In this document: piece after piece, positions 1 to 9,312 of the stretch
Layout: each line of letters opens with the position of its first letter
How positions within the stretch are numbered: the first letter of the stretch is position 1
Origin: Pseudomonadota bacterium
Lineage (GTDB): Bacteria; Bdellovibrionota; FAC87; UBA2466
Assembly: GCA_043767805.1 (NCBI GenBank)
Contig: JAYUGC010000034.1
Location: forward strand, 1-39,120
DNA length: 39,120 nt
Reading direction: 5' to 3'
The notes under the pieces: model-generated
Database searches by the model: none
What the model saw: the letters and a program-made list of their open reading frames with translations, nothing else
What the model was told of the DNA's origin: nothing
Translations under genes and position numbers: made by a program

Positions 1-123
1 CCCTTTCGCCCTGCGTGAATTGAAATCCTCTTAAAGCCCATTGTAGAAGCGCATCTCGAAACTGAGAGGCTTCGACAAAAAGTAGCTTAGACAATCACCT
101 TGATAAAAATGGTCTGTCCTAGA

Positions 124-981
124 CTAAGGCTGAGAATCGGCCTTACTCCAAACCTCTCTCTCCAAGGTTTCAACTCTCAGTCGAGACCTTAGAACCGCCT
201 TCATTGCGGTGGTATTTCTGATGGGCCAAATACACTCACACTCTCCATCGGCTTCGATGAAGGCCATCATCTTTTTTCTAGCCTGAAGTTTTGTCATGCC
301 GGGAATTTCCCTCAAGGTGCTCACGCTATCGAGCAGAATGACTACAGTGGAACTTGAAAGACTCACTCGATAAAGCCCCCATTGATTTCCTGTCAACCAC
401 TTCAGATCGTTGTCTATCTCGGGGGAATACTCCCCCTCTTTAAGCCGCAGAACTTCTAATAATGTTGGATAACCAACATACCGATCACCGAGATCATGCG
501 AGCGCTCATCCGATTTAAGTCGCTTAAGAATTTCCAGGAGTGCGGGAAATCCGATCGAAAATAATTGTTCAGTCACCTTGAATTTAAGAAGCTCTGGATG
601 AAAGGGCTTTAGCACATAGTCGCTAACTCCCAAACGAACCGCTTCGCTGACTGTTTTCGGATCTCCCGCAGAACTTACGGCGATTACAGGAGCTCGTTTG
701 CTTGGCTCAAGTTCTTTGAGGCGCTGAAGAAACTCTATGCCGCACATCTTCGGCATATTCATATCGAGAAGAATGAGTTCAATAGGTTCCGTTTCTAATA
801 TTTCCAAAGCTTCTTTTCCATCCGCAGCGCCCCTCACCTTAAAGCCTTCTTCCTGGAGAAGGGTTTTGATGAAGTGCTGCACTTGGGCATCGTCATCTAT
901 GACAAGGACGGTATGCGTATCCCGCTCTTCGGCCCCAGCCACCTCTGGTAACTTTGCCTGTGTTTCCTGAAGGTTTTTCAT
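124..981 (-). CDS. Response regulator: N-terminal receiver domain plus unrecognised C-terminal region
   Basis: VLVIDDD acidic pocket, phospho-acceptor LLDMNMP, SS and KPF motifs; GTAGGA upstream of ATG; no HTH recognised in the C-terminal half. Confidence 0.85.
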   Translation of the reverse strand: MKNLQETQAKLPEVAGAEERDTHTVLVIDDDAQVQHFIKTLLQEEGFKVRGAADGKEALEILETEPIELILLDMNMPKMCGIEFLQRLKELEPSKRAPVIAVSSAGDPKTVSEAVRLGVSDYVLKPFHPELLKFKVTEQLFSIGFPALLEILKRLKSDERSHDLGDRYVGYPTLLEVLRLKEGEYSPEIDNDLKWLTGNQWGLYRVSLSSSTVVILLDSVSTLREIPGMTKLQARKKMMAFIEADGECECIWPIRNTTAMKAVLRSRLRVETLEREVWSKADSQP

Positions 982-1262
982 ACGTCCTACCTCTTGATTC
1001 TCAGCTTAGGCCGCCCCTGTTAAGAGTTTGTTAGGCGGGGATTTAGAACGACAAACTATCGAAACCAAAAAGATTATCGCCAACGAGAAAAAATGTATGG
1101 ATTCCCTTTCCGATAATACGGGCTTAATAAGCCACGTTCATCCGTATTCCCTCGGTTTTCTCTCAAGCCGTTTAACGGCGATACTCTGGATAAGTATTCG
1201 ACGCCTTTTCCCCTTAGCCCAGCCTAATAGGCATGGCCCCCGCTTTGCTAATTTGAGAGCCG

Positions 1263-2315
1263 ATGCGGACTCGACTCGGACTTCTCGTTGCGTTGGCTCT
1301 CCCCCTCACCGTTTCCCTCTCCGGAGTGGCGAAGGCGGCACTTCCGGAGTGTGACTCCGCCAACCTCTCTCAAGAGGCGAAGTGGAAAACTAAGGTCGAG
1401 CCGTACTTTGAGAAAGGGGAGAAGCGTTCCTTTCTCGGGTCGTCCAAGCAGGTTATCGTGACCCGGCACTTCCCGCTCGAAGAAAGCGAAAAGACCCTGG
1501 TAATTTATCCCGGTTACGCCGAGACCTCGCAGAAATACAAAGAACTGATCCTCGATTTCCGCTGCCGCGGTTACTCAGTGCACATCTTGAGTCTCCCCGG
1601 AATGGGCGAGTCGGGCCGACTGAAGTCCGCGGCGAGCCACCAGGTCGTTCACGTCGAGAATTTTTCCGAGTACGTCCTGGACGCCGAGACGTTTTCCAAA
1701 GACGTAAAGAGTAAAACAAAAAATCCGGTTTACCTTTTCACGCATTCCACGGGCGGATTAGTCGCCGCCGAAGTCATGGCAAGGAACCCGAGCCTCTTTA
1801 AAGCCGCCGTTCTTTCCGCACCCCTCTTCGAGCTAAACACCGGCAGCAAGTCCAAAATAGTCGTCGGAGCGGTCACCAATAACTACACTTTCTTCGGGTA
1901 CGGCGGGAGCTACGCTATGGGCTATTCCGATTTCGATCCCAACAAGGCTAAGTTCAGCGAGAACATCGGCACCCAGAGCAGGTACCGCTGGGAACGTTAC
2001 CTCGAGTTTTTGAAGTCCGATCCGTCTCTCTGGATGGGCGGCCCGAGCAACCGCTGGATACACGTCATCTTGAAGGAAACGAAACCCGCCAACCTCAGAA
2101 AACTAGGCCGCGAAGTCCGTACGCCGACACTCGTCTTCCAAGCCGGCAGCGACAGCTACGTGAGCCCCGGCGGCCAGAAGCTCTTCTGCGAGAGCTCCGC
2201 CAACTGCAAACTGCGGATTTTTCCCGGCTCCTATCACGAAATCTATCGGGAGAACGACGTCATCCGCACGCCCGCCCTAAACGAAGCGGACGCGTGGTTT
2301 TCAAAGAACCGATGA
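1263..2315 (+). CDS. Secreted alpha/beta hydrolase, lysophospholipase L2 (PldB)-like
   Basis: Signal peptide (…SGVAKA); PGYAET..KYKEL, GMGES, nucleophile THSTGG, SAPLF, GGPSNRW, catalytic Asp (GSDSYV) and His (SYHEI). Confidence 0.8.
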   Translation: MRTRLGLLVALALPLTVSLSGVAKAALPECDSANLSQEAKWKTKVEPYFEKGEKRSFLGSSKQVIVTRHFPLEESEKTLVIYPGYAETSQKYKELILDFRCRGYSVHILSLPGMGESGRLKSAASHQVVHVENFSEYVLDAETFSKDVKSKTKNPVYLFTHSTGGLVAAEVMARNPSLFKAAVLSAPLFELNTGSKSKIVVGAVTNNYTFFGYGGSYAMGYSDFDPNKAKFSENIGTQSRYRWERYLEFLKSDPSLWMGGPSNRWIHVILKETKPANLRKLGREVRTPTLVFQAGSDSYVSPGGQKLFCESSANCKLRIFPGSYHEIYRENDVIRTPALNEADAWFSKNR

Positions 2316-2321
2316 ATGGGA

Positions 2322-3257
2322 TTATTTAGAAGCGCGCTTCTCCCAGGCCTCGATAATCGCGTCCGCGCCGTCGGAGCCCTCGAGTGTTTCCAGCGAACGC
2401 AGGCCCGTGGGGGACGTGATGTTGATTTCAGACACCTTGGGCCCGATGAAATCCGCACCCGCGAGCTCGATGCCGGAGGCCTTCAAGAACTTGCCCACTT
2501 TATCAGCGAGCTTCGACTCTTCCGCCGTCAAAGGCCGCGCGTGAGCCGTGCCCCCTTGGGCGAGATTCGAAATGAAGCCGCCCTTCGCGGGCATGCGCAC
2601 GAAATGACCGAGCACTTTGCCGTCCAGAAACAACACGCGGCGATCCCCGACACTCGTCACTTCCTCCCGGAAAGGCTGAATGAAGCTATCGAACTCGGAC
2701 GAAGCGCTTTGCTTGAAAGCGGAAAGGCTTTGCAGCCCCACATCCCGGCCGCCGTAACCCAGAAAAGGCTTCGTCACGACCTGATCGACCTTTTCTCTGT
2801 CGAAATAGGCCATCGACTCGGGCCGCGCGCCAATGAAAGTCGGAATGAGATCGCCCGCGTCGAAAAAGCCTTGAGCGAGCCCTTCCAGCGGCAATAACTT
2901 TTCGTGATACCGCAAAAGGAGCGAGGCCCGGTTGAACTGCACGACCCGCCCTTCTTCGAGAGATAGGAGCCAGCACAAGCGAACGTAGCTTTGATCGAAC
3001 GGCGGATCCTTGCGGATGAATACCCCTTGCAGATCCCGTACCCGCAGCGTGCCCGCTTTCACGGACGTGGGCATGTCGCCCGCCGCCGACAAACGCAAAA
3101 CGTTCACCAGGCAGCTGTCCAACGCGTAAGTCACATCCCGGTCGGTCGCCCAAAAAACTTCGTGGCCTCGTCTTAGCGCCGCCCGGGCCATGGTGAGCGT
3201 GCTATCTCCGGCGGGATTTAAGTTAGCCAGAGGATCGGCCAAAAAAAGAAGTTTCAC
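2322..3257 (-). CDS. gshB: Glutathione synthetase (ATP-grasp)
   Basis: MKLLFLADP..DST, RKDPPFD, KPFLGYGG, GDRR, SNLAQGG, SEINITSPTG; GTG start overlaps ggt stop (GTGA). Confidence 0.92.
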   Translation of the reverse strand: MKLLFLADPLANLNPAGDSTLTMARAALRRGHEVFWATDRDVTYALDSCLVNVLRLSAAGDMPTSVKAGTLRVRDLQGVFIRKDPPFDQSYVRLCWLLSLEEGRVVQFNRASLLLRYHEKLLPLEGLAQGFFDAGDLIPTFIGARPESMAYFDREKVDQVVTKPFLGYGGRDVGLQSLSAFKQSASSEFDSFIQPFREEVTSVGDRRVLFLDGKVLGHFVRMPAKGGFISNLAQGGTAHARPLTAEESKLADKVGKFLKASGIELAGADFIGPKVSEINITSPTGLRSLETLEGSDGADAIIEAWEKRASK

Positions 3258-5008
3258 TGGGCGAGCGCTCCACCCGCATCCCGCGGATCAAAGACCGCGG
3301 TGAGGGTTCCATTGGGATTTTTGCCGACGGCGTCGATGCGAGGGTTCCAGGCCGGCATTTTCAAGTCGTGCTTGCGCTCTTTGAGCCAGACAATGGTCTT
3401 TTCCGAGTAGCCGAGCTCGAGATCGAGTTGATCGGGTACCCATTGCTGGTGCATGCGAGGCGCGAAGAGCGCTTTCTTCAAGTCTCCCGGATACACCGCG
3501 AGGTAGTTGAGCGTGACCTGAAACACGCCCGACAAAATCCGCGAGCCACCCGCGCCGCCGATCGAAAGGATAGGCGTTCCTTTTTCCAGGACGATGGTGG
3601 GGCTCATGCTGGAGACCGGCCGCTTACCGGCGGCAATGGAGTTCGCTTCGCCACCCGTGAGGCCATAAAGATTTTGCTCGCCGGGCTTGATGCTGAAGTC
3701 ATCCATCTCGTTATTTAAGACGATGCCCGTGCGCGGAACGATGATACCCGCGCCAAAACTGCCATTGATGGTAATGGTGGAAGACACCGCGTTCCCCGCC
3801 GAGTCGAGGACACTCAAGTGCGTCGTGCCGTGATCTTCGGTCGCGATGGCCTCGGGCGCGATATCTTTCGAAGGCGTGTTGCGGCCCAAATCGAGTCGCC
3901 TCCGGATTTGCTTCGTATAATCGTCGGACATGAGCCGATCCTGCGGCACTTTGTAAAAGTCCGGATCGCCGATGTGAAGGGAGCGATCGGCGTAGCCCCG
4001 CTTCATCACTTCGGAGAGCAGATGCACGTACGCGCCCGGGGTTTGGCTGAGCTTCGTCAGATCGAAGCCGTCCAGCACCTTCATCATCTGCGCTTCGAGA
4101 ACGCCGCCCGCGCTCGGAGGAGGCGCGCCGAGAAAGGTATAACCTTTCCATTGCCAAGCAATCGGCTGGCGGTAACGGACTTCGTAGTGCGCCAAATCCT
4201 GGGCGGTCAGGATGCCGCCGTACTGTTTCATCGCATTGGCGATGCGCTCGGCCGTCGCTCCCGTATAAAACTCGGCTTTACCTCGAACCGCGATAGCCTC
4301 GATGGTATCGCCGAGATCTTTTTGCACGAGTTTATCGCCGAGACCCAGGAGCTTATTGTTCCTGAAAAAGATCCGGCGCGTATAAGACGCGGCTTTGAAC
4401 TCGGCCTCGCGCTCTTTAATCGCCTTGGTCAAAGAGGCATAAAGCGGAAAACCATCGCGCGCGAACTTCGCGGCGGGCATCAGGCAATCTTTCCAGGGGA
4501 GCTTGCCCCATTTCTGATGCGCTTCGAAAAGCCCAGCGACGAAACCAGGGACGGCGACAGCGAGCGGCCCATCTTGGCTAGCGCCGGCCACCACTTTTCC
4601 GTCGGGGCCGAGGTACATGTCCCGCTTCGCGCCGTGAGGCGCCGTTTCGCGAAAATCCAGAAAGGCAGTCACTTCGGGGCTCGCGAGCTTCACCAAAAGA
4701 AAACCTCCGCCCCCGAGCCCCGCTGATTGCGGTCGCTCCACCGCGAGCCCGAAGGCGGTAGCCACCGCGACGTCAATGGCGTTACCGCCTTTGGAAGCGA
4801 CCTCCATCCCGATGGCGGTGGCGCGCTCTCCTCCCGACGATATCCCGATCTTTTGCCCCTGAGCCGCGCAGCAGGCATTAGTCCGTTGGTACGCGCCGAA
4901 ATCCAGATGCGCTTCGGAGTAAGCGGGCCCTTCCTCGGGTGCATTCGGCACCGAGCTGCATCCGATCACGAGAACGAGACAAAGGAGAGACCAGGAGATT
5001 TTGAACAT
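3254..5008 (-). CDS. ggt: Gamma-glutamyltransferase, predicted lipoprotein
   Basis: GGNAIDVAVA, GLGGGGF, DFRETAP, autocatalytic Thr in GTTHLSVLD, LNNEMDDF, KRPVSSMSP, GGSRI; lipobox VIGC after ATG 5008. Confidence 0.95.
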   Translation of the reverse strand: MFKISWSLLCLVLVIGCSSVPNAPEEGPAYSEAHLDFGAYQRTNACCAAQGQKIGISSGGERATAIGMEVASKGGNAIDVAVATAFGLAVERPQSAGLGGGGFLLVKLASPEVTAFLDFRETAPHGAKRDMYLGPDGKVVAGASQDGPLAVAVPGFVAGLFEAHQKWGKLPWKDCLMPAAKFARDGFPLYASLTKAIKEREAEFKAASYTRRIFFRNNKLLGLGDKLVQKDLGDTIEAIAVRGKAEFYTGATAERIANAMKQYGGILTAQDLAHYEVRYRQPIAWQWKGYTFLGAPPPSAGGVLEAQMMKVLDGFDLTKLSQTPGAYVHLLSEVMKRGYADRSLHIGDPDFYKVPQDRLMSDDYTKQIRRRLDLGRNTPSKDIAPEAIATEDHGTTHLSVLDSAGNAVSSTITINGSFGAGIIVPRTGIVLNNEMDDFSIKPGEQNLYGLTGGEANSIAAGKRPVSSMSPTIVLEKGTPILSIGGAGGSRILSGVFQVTLNYLAVYPGDLKKALFAPRMHQQWVPDQLDLELGYSEKTIVWLKERKHDLKMPAWNPRIDAVGKNPNGTLTAVFDPRDAGGALAQ

Positions 5009-5073
5009 GAGCGAAGAGTAACGTCCCGCGCCACTCCCTGGCAACTAGACCGGGATTGATCTACTCTTAGGAC

Positions 5074-5886
5074 ATGCGAGCCGCCGTCGTCCAATTCACT
5101 TCTGGTCCGGATCTAGACGCGAACTTAAAGCGCATGGAAGCACATCTCACCGATGCAGTGAAAGCAGGCGCGAAGCTCGTCGTCTTCCCCGAGCATGTTT
5201 GTCTCTATTCCGAGCGCAAAATCTGGCTCGACGCCATTCTCCGCTTTCAGGAATTATTGGGCCGCTATTCCCAGTGGGCGAAAGCCCATGGCGTCTTTCT
5301 CATTCCGGGAAGCTTGCGCGAGCCGGTCAAGGGGCAACCCCAGCGCTTTTACAACACGCTTCCGGTCTTCGGCCCGAACGGCGCCGAGATCGCCCGGTAT
5401 CGTAAGATTTTTCTCTTCCAAGCCCGCTTGCCAGACCGCGTCTATAAAGAGGCGGACGATTGCGAGGCCGGAAACGAAGTGGTAGTCGCTCCTTTAGAAG
5501 GGCACAAGGTGGGGTTGTCGATTTGCTACGACCTGCGCTTCCCCGAGCTCTTCCGGGCACTCAAAAAACGGGGAGCCTCGATCGTCGTTCTGCCGTCGGC
5601 ATTCACGGTCCCGACGGGAGAGGCCCACTGGGACACGCTCACTCGCGCCCGCGCGATCGAAAACCAGGTGTTTCTTCTCGCTCCCGGACAAGTTGGTGTG
5701 CTCGGCAACGGTGCCGCCACTTACGGCCACTCCCGCATTCTCTCCCCCTGGGGAGAGACCCTCGCGGAAGTCACCGGAGGGGAAGGCATCGCCGTCGCCG
5801 ATCTGAACCCGGAGTTGCTGGATTCCGCCCGTTCTAAAGTGGACGCTTGGGCCAGCCGGCAAGACGGCCTCTTCCCGATTGCCTGA
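5074..5886 (+). CDS. Carbon-nitrogen hydrolase, Nit1/deaminated glutathione amidase-like
   Basis: Nitrilase triad FPE, YRK, ICYDLRFPE; PSAFTVPTGEAHW, RARAIENQ, YGHS. Confidence 0.88.
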   Translation: MRAAVVQFTSGPDLDANLKRMEAHLTDAVKAGAKLVVFPEHVCLYSERKIWLDAILRFQELLGRYSQWAKAHGVFLIPGSLREPVKGQPQRFYNTLPVFGPNGAEIARYRKIFLFQARLPDRVYKEADDCEAGNEVVVAPLEGHKVGLSICYDLRFPELFRALKKRGASIVVLPSAFTVPTGEAHWDTLTRARAIENQVFLLAPGQVGVLGNGAATYGHSRILSPWGETLAEVTGGEGIAVADLNPELLDSARSKVDAWASRQDGLFPIA

Positions 5887-5913
5887 CCTCATTCCATCGG
5901 GCAACATTTCGGC

Positions 5914-7956
5914 ATGTTAAATACGATCCTTTGGACGCTTTGCTTTCTCGCCGGTATCGGCTTCTTCGCCTATCAGCTCTATGGACGATTCGGCGTCCTA
6001 TTGAAGATGCGGCGCCAGGATGGCCGCGATTACTCGACAAAGCATTTGGGACTCCGGATCAAGAACACCCTCGTTTACGCCTTCGCGCAGAAGAAGTTTT
6101 TCTCGAGCGATCAGCCCGCCGGCATCATGCACATGATCATCTTCTGGGGCTTTTTGGTACTCGGCGTGCAAGTCACGACGATGTTCCTGCGCGGCTGGTT
6201 CCCCACGTTTGTGGTGCCCGGCTTCTCCGCCGATTTTTTGGGCAAACCCTACGCGGCCATCAAGGATTTCTTTCAGATAGCCGTCTTCTTCGGCATTCTC
6301 ATCGCGCTCTACCGCTGGATCATCCAAAAGCCCAAGCGGCTCATGGGATTTCTTCCGGCCGAAGCGCGCCTTCACTCGCAAAAGCACGGGGAAGCCGTTC
6401 TCATTCTTCTGTTTATCGCCACGATCATGTGGTCGGGCTTCTTCTATGATGCCGGCCGCATCGTTCTCGGCGCGGCGGACCCCGAAGTCATGCGCGAAGC
6501 CGCGTGGCAGCCCATTTCCCTTTGGCTCTCCGGCTTCTTGAGCCCGGAGCACGCTGGACTCGTGACGGATGCCGCCTGGTGGGTCCACAACCTCGTCATT
6601 CTCTCTTTCTTGAATTTGCTCCCGCGCTCCAAGCACTTTCACATCATCACTTCGATCCCGAACGTGTTTCTCACCAAGATCGAGCCGAAGGGCCGGCTCG
6701 CGAAGACCGATTTCACCGCCGAGAACCCGCGCTTCGGAACGTCGGTATTACCGCAGTTTTCCTGGAAGCAAGCGCTCGACATGTACAGCTGCACCGAGTG
6801 CGGCCGCTGCTCTTCCTTCTGTCCCGCGACCGCGACCGGCAAGCCGCTCGCGCCCCGGCAGATGCTGCTCGATATTCGAGATTATCTCTACGCCAATCAG
6901 GAAAAAGTCTTAAAGAGCACGGGTACCGACGGCTTCGAAATGGTAGTCGGCGAAGGCCGGCCCGTGAGCGATGCCGTCATCTGGTCTTGCGTCAACTGCC
7001 GCGCGTGCGAGGAAGCTTGCCCGGTCAACATCGAGTACGTCGATAAAATCCATGAAATGCGCCAGCATCTCGTTCAGGAAGCCTCTCGCTTCCCCGAAGA
7101 ACTGAACCGCACTTTCAAAGGACTCGAAACGCAATCGAACCCGTGGGGCATCAGCTCGGACGAACGGGCTAGCTGGGCCGAGGGGCTCGACGTGCCCCTC
7201 ATTACTCAGAAACCGGACGCCGAGTACCTTTATTACGTAGGCTGTGGCGGCTCTTTCGATTCGAATAACCGCAAAGCGACCCAAGCCTTCGTGAAAATCT
7301 TGAAAGCCGCCAACGTTTCCTTCGCCATCCTCGGTAAAGCCGAGCTCTGTAACGGCGAGACGGCCCGGCGCCTCGGCAATGAGTACCTCTACCAAACCAT
7401 GGCGGAGCAGCTCGCGGGCGTGATCAACGGCTACAACATCAAAAAGATTCTCGTGAACTGTCCTCACTGCTTCAACACGCTCAAAAATGAGTATCCGGAG
7501 TTCGGCGGAAACTGGGAGGTGGAGAGCGCCGCCGTTTTCGTGAACCGGCTGAAAGAGCAAGGAAAGCTCAACGTCACGGGCGAGCTCAATAAGAACGTCG
7601 TCTACCATGACTCTTGCAACTATGGCCGCTTCAACGACATCTACGAAGAGCCGCGTGCGCTGATCAACGCCGTGCCGGGCACGAAGCTCACCGAGATGAC
7701 CTTGAACAAGAAGCAGGGAACCTGTTGCGGCGCCGGCGGCGGCCGCATGTGGATGGAAGAGCCCGCGGACCAGCGCGTGAACGTCATGCGCACCGATCAA
7801 GCGCTCGAGAAGAGTCCGCAAATCATCGCCACCTCGTGCCCCTATTGCCGCATCATGATGGGCAGCGGAATCAACGAAAAGGGCAAGGCGGAGGAAGTGG
7901 CCGTCATGGACGTCATGGAAATCGTGGCAAACAGCCTCGCGCCTACTCCCGCTTGA
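5914..7956 (+). CDS. Membrane-bound Fe-S oxidoreductase (FadF/HdrD-like: TM domain + two 4Fe-4S motifs + CCG domains)
   Basis: N-terminal TM helices with HMIIFWGF and SKHFH; CTECGRCSSFCP and CVNCRACEEACP; CPHC, YHDSC, CCGAGGGRMW, CPYC. Confidence 0.92.
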   Translation: MLNTILWTLCFLAGIGFFAYQLYGRFGVLLKMRRQDGRDYSTKHLGLRIKNTLVYAFAQKKFFSSDQPAGIMHMIIFWGFLVLGVQVTTMFLRGWFPTFVVPGFSADFLGKPYAAIKDFFQIAVFFGILIALYRWIIQKPKRLMGFLPAEARLHSQKHGEAVLILLFIATIMWSGFFYDAGRIVLGAADPEVMREAAWQPISLWLSGFLSPEHAGLVTDAAWWVHNLVILSFLNLLPRSKHFHIITSIPNVFLTKIEPKGRLAKTDFTAENPRFGTSVLPQFSWKQALDMYSCTECGRCSSFCPATATGKPLAPRQMLLDIRDYLYANQEKVLKSTGTDGFEMVVGEGRPVSDAVIWSCVNCRACEEACPVNIEYVDKIHEMRQHLVQEASRFPEELNRTFKGLETQSNPWGISSDERASWAEGLDVPLITQKPDAEYLYYVGCGGSFDSNNRKATQAFVKILKAANVSFAILGKAELCNGETARRLGNEYLYQTMAEQLAGVINGYNIKKILVNCPHCFNTLKNEYPEFGGNWEVESAAVFVNRLKEQGKLNVTGELNKNVVYHDSCNYGRFNDIYEEPRALINAVPGTKLTEMTLNKKQGTCCGAGGGRMWMEEPADQRVNVMRTDQALEKSPQIIATSCPYCRIMMGSGINEKGKAEEVAVMDVMEIVANSLAPTPA

Positions 7957-8092
7957 GGCCTCTCAGGGCCGTTTCGAGTTTCGAGAAAGCCCAAGGGCGG
8001 AAGGCCAAGAGAATGGCCATATCCGCGGCCTGGCCTTTTGGTAGCTCGCGATCCATTTCGTTTAGCTCGTCGTACTCTAAGATTAGCTTCAT
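7943..8092 (-). CDS. Possible small protein (49 aa)
   Basis: MKLILEYDELNEMDRELPKGQAADMAILLAFRPWAFSKLETALRGLKRE fills an otherwise empty gap; weak AGGT RBS; overlaps the convergent gene end by 14 nt. Confidence 0.4.
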   Translation of the reverse strand: MKLILEYDELNEMDRELPKGQAADMAILLAFRPWAFSKLETALRGLKRE

Positions 8093-8171
8093 TACTTTTT
8101 TACCTAGTTGATTTGGTATTGATTTGCGAGTCCTTTCCCCTCTAATTGAGACTGACTTTATGGAGGTTCTC

Positions 8172-9251
8172 ATGCGTCGTTCTTTCGCTCTGCTCGCTCT
8201 ATGTCTTTGGCAGATTCCCGGTCTCGCGGTGACCCCGCTCGCGACCGAGACCATCGCCCCGACGGAGGCCGCTGACACCGCGAAGGTCGTCGCGACACTC
8301 ACCAAGCAAGTGGAAGACGCCGCGAAAGCCGCTGGAACGGCTCACAGAGACGCTCACGCGAAGGCCCACGGCTGCGTGCACGCCGTCTTCAAAGTGCAGG
8401 ACACCCTCCCCGCCTGGCTCCGCCACGGAGCTTTCAAAGAAGGCGCCGAGTACCAGAGCTGGATTCGTTTTTCGAACGGCTCCCAGCAGAAAGATTCGAC
8501 TGGCGACGCGCGCGGTTTAGCCCTCAAATTGACCGGGGTCACGGGTGACAAGCTCGAGACGGAAGAGAAATTAACCCAGGATTTCCTCTTTATTAACCAC
8601 CCCCGTTTCTTCGTCCGCAGCGCCGCGGACTACGTTGATTTCACGGCGGCCGTGGCGAGGGGCAATCCCATCCCCTTCTTCTTCCCGGGCATCAACCCCG
8701 CGAAGTGGCACCTCACGGAGCTCGGTATCGCGCGGGCGATTCAGACGAAGCGGGTCGATAACCCGCTGGCGACGACCTACTTCTCGTCCACGCCCTATCT
8801 TTTGGGCGAAGGCCAGGCCGTGAAGCACTCCATCGTGCCGGTCAGCCCCGTTCCGGCTTTGACCGTGAACCGCAAATCGGACGATTTCTTGCGCGAATCG
8901 ATGACCACGCATCTTTCTCTGCAGGGCGTGACGTTCGAGTTCCTCGTACAAAAACAGACGGACGGGGACAAGATGCCGATCGAGGATTCCACCGTGGAGT
9001 GGCAGACGAAGGGCAACGAGTACGTGAAAGTCGCGACCATCGAAGTGCCCAAGCAGGAGTTCAATTCCGAAGCACAGAGAACGTTTTGTGAGAACCTTTC
9101 CATGAACCCGTGGCATTCGCTTTCGGATCATCGCCCGCTCGGCAACATCAACCGCATGCGCCGCGCGGTCTATAAAACCATCTCCGAAGTCCGGCACCGC
9201 TTAAACCACGAGCCGCACAACGAGCCCACAGGCAAAGAGCGCTTCAACTAA
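8172..9251 (+). CDS. Secreted catalase-related haem protein (small catalase-like family)
   Basis: GGAGG RBS before ATG 8172; signal peptide; RDAHAKAHGCV (distal His), RFSNG, QDFLFIN, PWH..HRPLGNINRMRRAVY (proximal Tyr). Confidence 0.85.
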   Translation: MRRSFALLALCLWQIPGLAVTPLATETIAPTEAADTAKVVATLTKQVEDAAKAAGTAHRDAHAKAHGCVHAVFKVQDTLPAWLRHGAFKEGAEYQSWIRFSNGSQQKDSTGDARGLALKLTGVTGDKLETEEKLTQDFLFINHPRFFVRSAADYVDFTAAVARGNPIPFFFPGINPAKWHLTELGIARAIQTKRVDNPLATTYFSSTPYLLGEGQAVKHSIVPVSPVPALTVNRKSDDFLRESMTTHLSLQGVTFEFLVQKQTDGDKMPIEDSTVEWQTKGNEYVKVATIEVPKQEFNSEAQRTFCENLSMNPWHSLSDHRPLGNINRMRRAVYKTISEVRHRLNHEPHNEPTGKERFN

Positions 9252-9294
9252 GCCGTCAAGCGTCTAAAAAGTGTCCACACTTAGACGCTTGGCT
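9251..9294. terminator. Hairpin between convergent genes, probable bidirectional terminator
   Basis: CAAGCGTCTAA (9257-9267) pairs with TTAGACGCTTG (9281-9291). Confidence 0.6.
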
Positions 9295-9312
9295 AAAAGT
9301 ATCCAGACACCT

